Positions 54,136-64,000 of a stretch of 64,000 nt of DNA are shown here, in pieces. The stretch lies in contig OZ024743.1 of NCBI GenBank assembly GCA_964016885.1, forward strand, positions 290,098,001 to 290,162,000, read 5' to 3'. Position 1 is the first letter of the stretch, and each line of letters starts with the position of its first letter. Source of the DNA: Eledone cirrhosa. Lineage: Eukaryota. The translations under genes were made by a program, and so were the position numbers. The notes beneath the pieces were generated by a model, which saw nothing but the letters and a program-made list of their open reading frames with translations, was not told the DNA's origin and made no database searches.

Positions 54136-55589
54136 TTTGGTGTTAGTGCATTAGGAGCACAATCATGAGGTTGTGAGTTCATATCCCGTATATGTTTTCG
54201 TGTAATAAATCGATGTAGCTTACGTATCCAATAATAAGAAGCCCACGGTCGATAAAGCTCCTTCCCTTTTCGTTATGGTGATCATAATTGACTATTTTCT
54301 GTAACCAATTTACGGTGACAATATTTGATTTAATTTTCAATACTTTCAATCACCAACATATTCTAATTCACACGTGCTTTTAAATATCATATTATTTTCA
54401 AAATGAAAACTTTTTCATGTGGAAAATTGTTCATATTATTTCAAAGCATCCATCGAAAATATGACCTAGATTCGTACATTCATAGAAAAGTATTATACAC
54501 AGTAGGAATGAGTGTGTGTGTATGTGATAGCCTGTTTGTGCGGGTAAACATTTAAGTAGAACAGTGAGATTTTTTTTAAATTGAAATATGGTTAACAACA
54601 TAATTATTTTATTTATCTATTTATCTATTCATTACTACGTTTTAAGTTTAAATTACGTAAAATGACAAAGATAATTGTTAAAAATTGGAATGGAGGAAAA
54701 TGGAAATCATAGTTAGGTTAAAGTAACGACGATGTCGACAGCCAAATATCCACGTACTGAGGTACCTTCAGCATATTTAAAATCTTCAAAAATATTATAT
54801 ATATAAGATTCTTGTTTTTCTAGTATATCTATTATTCAATCAAGGAGCTAATGTCTTGAAATGCCATTTCAGTGTGTTTTAATAGCTAGTCCTGAACCAA
54901 TATTCTAACGGCTATATGAGACAAACAATGACTAAATACCCTACATAAGCTTACTTCTGAATGTGGACCTTATATTATTTCCCTTCCAAATTAAGTTATA
55001 TCTGTGTTTTTGTATTTCACAATAACTACTACATTATTATATCTTGGTACATATTTTATGCTCTTCAAGATAAATTCTTTCGCAAGTCTAGGTATTCATG
55101 AAGCAGGAGCTTCTACGTGTTTCATTGGCGTTAAGTTACTGAGACAACAGGATTAACCCTCCCATTGCTGGTATAAACTTTGAGCCGCCTGAACAGAAAA
55201 AAGGCGTGCATTCACCGTGAAAACACATGGCATGATCAGTGAATTAATGCCATGAATATAGGATCAATAGACAAACAAGTTTACAAAGAAACACCACCTC
55301 TATAATGCTTATAATGCATATAAATGTATTAGCCATTGTTATGTAATACCAATGCATATAAATGATTGAAAGTACGTATATTTGTGTTTTCCTGGTCGCA
55401 TATGTGCGTATTGAATATCTTAGACAATATATTTTGCGCATATAATCAGAGATAATTTTCGTATCGTTCGAATTACAATAGACAGTAAATATTTCACTCA
55501 CATCACTTGTCACAACTTATACAACTTTCACGTAAATAAACATACAATTTCTGTAAAAAGATACATTTTTATATGTTAGTATTAATATG

Positions 55590-55620
<31 letters not shown>

Positions 55621-57498
55621 GTGTACGTGTTTGTGTGTGTGGCTGCATGTTTACTTGATTACGTCATGCACTTAATGGTCGGCTGCTAAGCAACTTTCAT
55701 TTACATTCTCTATACAATATTCAACCGATCGATATATTTCTCTATTTGATAGATAGATTTACAACGACTTGGTGATGTAATATAAATTGTAATTATATTG
55801 CTAGCGTACTATATATTTGTAAATTAGATTATAGTTACTGATTATATTAACTTCTACATTGTTCTGAATATAGAAAAGTGAGTAGCTTTGTAATTTGCCT
55901 ATTTAATGTTGTCAGAATATTCTTCTAAAATTTTAATATACGCTTTCAAATAAATATCTGATATATTATCTCATGCGAACATTATATTTTTAATTTTTCC
56001 TGAATATGTTGTTTTGAATTATGTTCTTTAGAATTTAGTGACGAAATAATTGAGAAATAGCAATCTCACAAAATATTAATCAATGGCTGACTATTTGTTG
56101 TGTGTTCAAACCGCGTCGCTGCTTAGCAAATCAATTAGTTTGATCATTACACAAAATATAGTAAATAATTTTCTGTGAGAGCTTTAGCTGAAATTGATTG
56201 GCGTCCTGTCTGTGAGAGAAATTTATATTGCTTGCATTAATCATTAATAAACAGGGCTGATGAAATGTCGACACTACAGATGTATTTTATCTTTGTTCAA
56301 GGCAGCATGTCCTCTCCAATTTAAACACTTATAGATGCATTCGTTTCATGATATTACCTAATGAGTGAATACCCTGTTAGTGAAACAATGCCTGTGTAGT
56401 ATGCAATTACTGTTATTTCTTTTATGCTTAATTCAATTAGTCATATATAACACGAAATAAACATTAACGGTGTGTACGCCCTCCATTTTGTAGTCCTAAT
56501 CAAAAGATTGTAATCAACATCTTGATATTCACCATTCGAATTGTTTCTGAACTCTGACCAATTAGTGGCTGGGCTACACTAATATTTTCCAGAGTCATAT
56601 CATAACGCAGTCCCCCAGCACCACCACCACATGGACATATTACACGGTATCAAGTATGTCACTGACAGAAACTAAAACTCGTACGATTTATGATTCAATG
56701 ACAAATATGGTTTCAAATTCACATCTTCAAATATTACATATTAACAAACACAAAAGACAGGAATTTGTCATAACACACCTACTCCAACAATATATCATTT
56801 CTACGTCACCGAACCATATAAATAACTTGATGTTCAAATGATAGCTCTTTTATCTCAGTACATGACGGCGTTATTCAGTGTAATTTCACGCTATTCATCT
56901 CCAAACCGAAATAATGTACGTTATTTTATATTTTTGTAGAGATTTACTTACGCCACAAACAACATTTCAAATATTCAAATCACAACACAGTTTTAAAGAG
57001 TGATCAGGTAGATATATATTATGTATATCATTTTAAATGCAGACATAAATAAATCAATTTGTTTGAGACAGTCCTTCATAATTTTATAATCACTTTAGAA
57101 GATGCGTATAATCAATCATTAAGGTCTTTGAGGTATATATATATATATTTTCTTCCTATACATTTTTTAGAGACAACTTTCTAGATCATTAATTTCATCA
57201 CGTGGAATATATTTGATGTAACAGGTGTCGAGCACATGAAATCAAAGTAGGTAATTATTCAGCCATCCGTCAAATAACATTGAACAAGGTATGCATAACA
57301 TACTATCCAATTAATCCTTAACCAAACATATAAATATTGTTTTCGAAAAAACAATGTAAAATCACAAGCCGTGATATATATTTAATACTACTTAGATCTA
57401 TATTCATGAACGGCTGGCGCACTGTTAGAAAAATGGACAGCTGGAAACATATGGAAATACATACACTCTCACATACACAGACGCATAGACGCACAGAC

Positions 57499-57795
<297 letters not shown>

Positions 57796-57829
57796 TATAT
57801 ATATATATTTGTGTGCGTGTGTGTATATA

Positions 57830-60800
57830 TCTTATATATGAAGTGAAGTTGGGCGTTGTTTGTTTGGTGTCCCGAACTTGCAGGCTACACCGTTCATCAG
57901 ATTTTCATGAAACTTGACACATATAAAACTCGACCCGTAAATTGGAATAGGCTACTTGAAATTCAAAAATCGATATTTTCAAAAGTCGTCCGATTTCTAT
58001 GAAACTCGACGCAAGTGTGTATTTTGATCCGGGGATGAACATTAAATTTTCGAAAAATCGATAATTGGATCACCAGAGGCAAAAATCGATATTTACGAAA
58101 TTTGTCCGATTCCAATGAAATTTGACGTAGGTATGTATTTTGATGCGGGGATCAATGTGGGGTACTTGAAATCTTCAAATAATCGGACCCCAGAGGCAAA
58201 ATTCCGGCAACCGAAAAACGCCATTCTTCTTGCTTCCATTTGTCGCGACTCCCGCCATGCAAAACACGTTCAATCTATCAGGATTATCCAGCGTAAGTCT
58301 CTTTAAATTAACGCTCACCATATTCAGCAAACCTTTCGTGCCGATTCTTCCATTTCTTATGATATGTCAGCCGCCATCCCCTCCTCAGCCATTTATTTTG
58401 CCTGCCCGCTGTGCTCCTTCAAGACTGCCATGCCTAACCAAGTCGCATCCCTGCCAACGTCAACCCCTGCCCTCTCCCTTGCCCGCACGCCTTGGTCCCT
58501 CAAAACTGCCATGGCTCACCATGCGGCATTCCTGCCCTGTCAGCAACTTGCTCAAATGTCATCGGCATGGTTTATTCCTGCGCCGTAAATAACCGCCCAT
58601 TATCTCAGACCAAAACAGCATCGAACATGAAGACGATCTTGTGTAAGTCTATTTACATTCATTTTGACCATATTTAACAAAATTAAACAAAAATTCATCC
58701 CTTTCTCCTCCAAAGCCTACCGATCATGTATGGCCGATAAACATCCTGCCTTGCACCCGGTTTTCTCAAACAATCATTGTGCCTCCCGGTGCTCTTTACC
58801 TTCCCGAGGTGCAACTCAATTGGCATGCCGCATCCATGCCCTGTCAGCCGCCATGCACCCTGCCCTTTCGTCATGCCTCATCATGTTTCATCCCTGCCCT
58901 GTTAGCCGCCATCCACTCCCCGACCCTTTCCACTGCCTAGGCATGGCAGTCTTGAGAAACTAAATCGCATCTCTGCCACCGTCAACACCAGCCCTCTCCG
59001 TTCCCTGCACGAGGTAATCCCACTGCATCGTCATGCCTCAGGATGCCGCATCCATGCACTGTCAGCCACCATTTCCTCCTCGGCCCTTTCTTTTGCCTGA
59101 CCGCCGTGCTCCTTCAAGTCGTCCATGGCTATCTATGCCGCATCAATTCATTGCCACCCGCTTAAACGTCATCAGCATGGCTTATTGTTGTCCCATTTGA
59201 CAACCGATCTTCGCAGGCTAAACACAATACTAACGTGCACGATAGTCCATGGTAAATCTTTTTAATTACATGTTCATCATGCTAAGCAAAGGATGAATAG
59301 CAACTCATTCATTTCTCTTGACATGCCTTTCTGTCAATTATGGCCGAGAAGCAGCTGTGTAGCATCGGATCTTCTCAAGCGATCAGCGTGCCTTCCACTG
59401 TCCTCACAGTTGACTCACAACGCCGCATCTATTCCCTGCGACGTCCCTAAACATCATCAGTATGGCTTATTTTTTTGCCGAGTTGAACCGGCCCTCATTC
59501 TAGGCTATAAACAACAAAACCGCACGATGATGCTGCGTAAGTCTATTTAAATTAATGGTCAACATGTTCAGCAAAACAATTGTACCAATTCTTCCTCTAC
59601 ACCTCCAAGCCCTATCATTGCATCTTAGAGGTCGGGATTCGCAATTTCTACGATTTCAATATTGACACAACAGTCCATCAGGTTTTTCGGCACATGTTGC
59701 TCCTATATGAATATCAAGGTGATTTTCACTTAATTCGTAAGTGTTCAGTCTTCCGTATGCTTTTATTTTTTATTAATACAACACCGACTACAATCATCTA
59801 ACTTCACTTTGTAGGCTAGACGCGAATCACAAGGAAAACAACCCTCTGATATACAACCCCATCAAATTCTTTGGTCTACCTAGATTTCAATGGCTATATC
59901 CTTTGCTTTTGTACGGCTGTACATTTGACAATGTCCCAAAACATTATTCCAGTTGATTCTTACTTTTCAGCTATGAATTGGGCAGTGCCTTAAAATCCCG
60001 GTTTATTTGAATGCAATTATTTGGTATCTTATGAATGGAGAATCGGAAACCCTTTTGCTCATAACCTGATACATGCGTTACACATGCTTCATGGATGTTT
60101 GTGGACTATTTTTTTAAAATATCAATATTACAGATTGGAGCACAAAAAGAAACGTTTGTTCTTCATTTATTTCGGTTAAAACATCCTGCTGAAATTTAAC
60201 GCAGACCCGATTAAATCCAGCGCCATATAACCGGGTACACCAGCTAGAAAGACACATGGAAACATTGTCTACCCGGTCCGATTTGACGAAAGTCGATTTA
60301 GTTCCACAACAAATTCACAAACCATACTTGAATACACGTTGAGGCTGTTGCAAAGGGCAATAGCCCTAGACACAATTTTGATCAATTTTTTTTCACCCAT
60401 AGCAAATTTACCGAGACAGGTTTTAGCTACTCAAATCTACTTCACAGGTCACGCATTGATGTAAAAAATCAATAGAACTGAAGCTGGGGTTCGACTTTGC
60501 GCGAAAAACAAGGCAAAGTTGCACATGGGAAAAGCTTTTACAGGGACGTACGATTTTCTTGAAAACTGTCGCAAAAGACTCGCCATTATGCCGCGGTTCA
60601 GATAAAGTCCCTTTTATTTCTTCTTCTGCACATGTGAGCGCGAAAATTGTAAAAAAAAAAAAAAAAAAGCTGCGAAAAATCGAGTTTTTCACCCTGCTTT
60701 AAAAATCAGTCGTGCAAAGAACAATTTCAACGATACACTGTGGACATACAATTGATCCATGATTTATGCTCTATTAAACACCTGCGTCTACTAACCACTG

Positions 60801-60921
60801 GTTTTTTTCCTTGATGTTCGAACGTTTTGGCAACTGTGATGCGCGGGAAGTAACTTTTAAACATTTCAACAACAGAGCAAATGTCGACTTACACCCGGGC
60901 AACGCCGGGTACTTCTGCTAG
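57830..60921 (+). mobile_element. ~3.1-kb non-autonomous Helitron
   Basis: A|TCttatatatg 5' end; 3' cccgggcaacgccgggtacttctgCTAG|T; internal degenerate tandem repeats. Confidence 0.7.
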
Positions 60922-61026
60922 TATATATATATATGTATATATGAATATATATACATATATAAACGTATGTATATATTTCCCTTGTTTTTCTATCAATATA
61001 AATATATATTGTATATATATATATAT

Positions 61027-61069
<43 letters not shown>

Positions 61070-61215
61070 TAGATAAGGTTTTGTTTATGTATATTAAGAA
61101 TGAATGCTTAAACAATATAACTGCTTACCAAAGAATTTGACTCAACGGTATCCTTTGACTCGTATAGCATAAATATCCAAGCGGGGAATATGGTCCACAA
61201 GAGATCACAAAGTAT

Positions 61216-61345
61216 ATAATTGTTTCTACTTTAGGTACAAGGTCAGCAATTACCCAGTACATTACTGGTACTTTATTTTATCGACCCCGTAAGGATGACA
61301 GGCAAAGTTAACCTCTGCGGGATTTGAACTCAGAATGCAAAGGGG
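61216..61345 (-). mobile_element. Deu/Nin-like SINE copy
   Basis: Matches 23221-23350. Confidence 0.8.
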
Positions 61346-61349
61346 CTTA

Positions 61350-62100
61350 AGAAAAGAAAATAGAACAATAAAAAATTAAAATGACAATAAAATAAAATAA
61401 AATAAAATACAGCAATTTAGAGTGGTAAGTAGTGAAAGTTAGGAAGTGGGTGTGTGGGGGTAAAGAGTTTCACATTATCATTCTGTGGGCTGTGATGTGG
61501 AAAAATGTTTCCCTTGGCCAGTGTTTGCCATATATGGTCAAGAGGACAGAGATGGTAGAGAGATAATGGCAGAAAAAGAAGGGGTGGAAATTAAGAATTG
61601 GATACAATGGAGAAGCAGGAGAAGGAATTAAGAAGTTGATGATGCTTTGAAGAATACTGAATTCTTTGGGAGCGGTGTGAAAAGTTAAAATGCCACTGGT
61701 TAAATTTACTAAATAGAATGTTGTAAATTATAGGTATTAGAGATCGAATCATGTTATAGTGGAGTTTGTATTTATCGAAGGTTTTTCGAACCTTATCCTT
61801 GAAATTAAATGCCCTATTATACCAGGAATTTAGAACGTTCTTTCTGGTCGCTATTTACATCGCCTCCGCCAAACATAATTTCCAGGGGCATCTTTCATTT
61901 CGGTATACATGGGCGGATTTCAACAACTCGAAGTTGCTCCCAAATACTTATATATAGACAGTTTTGATTTGACCATACATTGGTAAACAACGTTTTTGTA
62001 CATACATTTACCTGATAACGGACAATTCCTAGGATTTCTACAGTTGCAATGTGTCCGTGTAGAATGTGTTGGATCATCGCCGGTTCTTGAGTTGAAGATG
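61350..62100 (-). mobile_element. Penelope-like GIY-YIG remnant
   Basis: Manual translation of ~61925-62060: HCNCRNPRNCPLSGKCMYKNVVYQCMVKSKLSIYKYLGATSS. Confidence 0.8.
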
Positions 62101-62339
62101 TTATTCTATGTATCTTTTTGTTGCTTGGAATATGTGTGTGATACGGAGGAGACGTTGGGGTTTGTGGGACTTGATCCGTTCTCTTTTGGAGGCGGCGGAT
62201 GTTGCTGAGGATTCAGATTACTACAATTCATCATATGTCCGGGTTTCTGCAGACTATTACAACGCTGCGCTACTTAAGGCCAGTTACGATGAAGTACTAA
62301 AATTTCTTCCAGGTACAATATGCGGGCGAAAACCCAACT

Positions 62340-63612
62340 ACACCGACTTCGGTGGACTGGGTGTCTGGAAAGGCACGTATTTCGTCTCGGGTGCAGTTCT
62401 GTCGACCATATATTCATACTGCTGCAAGTTGTGAAATGCTGTGCAAGAGTATGTGGTAGATGGTCAGCTTCTTGCTACCTTGATGTCTCTATGCAAATGC
62501 CCGAGTATTTGTGTTTGGAGAAATTGTGCTTAATCAAAACCATTCAGTAGGGACTCAGACTCAATGAGGAGTGCGTAATATCACCTCTATTTTCATTATT
62601 GACATAAACATCATTGCCAGACTGGAAGAGGTATCATGACTGGCGGGTTTAGAATCAGTCGGTTGGAATTTGCAAACGACATGTTGTTACGTAACTCGAC
62701 AGAAGGTGATAACCAACTTGCACTCGATAGCTTTCATTCCGAGTGCTGCAAGGCTGGAATAAGGATCAATGCTGCGAAAAATGAGACATTCGTCCTCAAG
62801 AAATCCTGCGTAGTGCAGTTTACATGTGAAGGTAGTTCTACTGAAGCAGATACAGAATTTCATGTATATCGCGTTGGTGATCATGAAATTATGGAAGACA
62901 GGAGGCTGAATTAAGTGCAATAGTTGCAGGAGCAATTGCAATAATGAAATAGCTTCAGCATTGAATAATCATAAGGGATATATGCAAAAATAACAAGAAG
63001 AAACAAACAAAGTCGTCTTTAATTCGGTATTCATGCCTTGGAAGGGTATTTGGAGTAACGTTACTAGATAGAATGCGTATCTCAGATGTCATAGAATCAC
63101 TCCGAGTAGAGACTCTAATTCTCTGAATTGAGAGATCATAGCTTCGAAACTATGGGCATGTGGCTAGAATGTCTCAGGAAAGAATCGCTAGACAGATTTC
63201 ATATGCAAAACCAAACGGTAAGAAACCCCATGGTTGACCCTGAGCAAGAAGTTAGGATAACATGCATCTGTTTAACTGGTCTTGATTGTGCATCCCGTCG
63301 GATTAGTTAAAGACGGATGCTTCTGACAGGACCTGCTGGAAGGAATCTTTCATGACTCTGCCCCCACGACCCACTCAGAAATGAGAGGGCAAAAGAAGAA
63401 GAAGAAGAAGAAGAAGAAGAAGAAGAAAAAGAAGAAGAAGAAGAAGAAGAAGAAGAAGAAGAAGAAGAAGAAGAAGAAGGGAAGGAGAAGGAGAAAGAGA
63501 AGGATGAGGAGGATGAGGAGGAGGAGGATGAGGAGGAGGAGAAGAAGAAGAAGAAGAAGAAGAAGAAGAAGAAGAAGAAGAAGAAGAAGAAGAAGAAGAA
63601 GAAGAAGAAGAA
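62340..63612 (+). mobile_element. RTE-clade LINE remnant with (GAA)n tail
   Basis: FRLGCSSVDHIFILLQ, ECVISPLF, ISRLEFANDMLL; ~220-bp (GAA)/(GAG) tail at 63392-63612. Confidence 0.75.
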
Positions 63613-64000
63613 TGTGTTGTTAGCCCCTTTGAAAATGTCTGGTGTTTTCTTTCGTCAGAACAAAATCAAACATTTTAAAATACACATTTTGAAAATAATT
63701 AATTGTTTCTACTTTAGGCACAAGGCCAGCAATTACCCAGTGCATACACATGTTGAAAATAATTAATAATTACCAATAAACATGTCATAACACATGTACA
63801 TAAAACATAGCATAGATACTATTGTAGTCGTATCTTTTAATATGAAAGAGCATGCAATGCCTTACACCTCTTTGTAATTAATTTAGCATTAATGGAATTA
63901 ATCTAAACTTGCTTTTTTATCCGATCAGTACGTTCTACTTTTATGTTATAAACTACGCCTGTATGATACCAAAGCCTTCGTTTAAATTGATTACAAATAT

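Noticed and set aside
59780-59960. Faint resemblance of a minus-strand translation (KSKGYS) to Pif1/Helitron helicase motif V
   Set aside because: Too short and interrupted by stops to support without a profile search.
63381-63623. Poly-Lys/Arg, protamine-like ORF
   Set aside because: Translation of the (GAA)n/(GAG)n tail of an RTE remnant.

Overview
AT-rich, microsatellite-dense eukaryotic non-coding DNA. The SINE family and repeat landscape suggest an octopus or other cephalopod; this is an inference. No host protein-coding gene is supportable, and most ORFs in the track are microsatellite translations. The only long ORF (30618-34040) is a near-complete R4/Dong-clade non-LTR retrotransposon (RT + CCHC + restriction-like endonuclease), followed by a decayed relative; both end in (CATA)n. 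The rest is decayed mobile DNA: at least six Penelope-like element (PLE) remnants, Tx1, RTE, CR1/L2-group and R4-type LINE fragments, tRNA-derived SINEs and non-autonomous Helitrons. The main signal, found by eye, is roughly 30 hammerhead-ribozyme (HHR) motifs. Many sit in small non-coding, terminally redundant (monomer-plus) elements inserted in (TA)n, resembling retrozymes or non-autonomous PLEs, with at least four monomer families (~320, ~405, ~440 and ~560-640 bp). One family carries a hammerhead whose three strands are in reversed, non-circularly permuted order (NUH strand, GAAA strand, CUGANGA strand); its stems covary completely between two diverged subfamilies (53319-53375 versus 14182-14240, 26110-26168, 26746-26804). 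All structures were folded by eye and boundaries are approximate.
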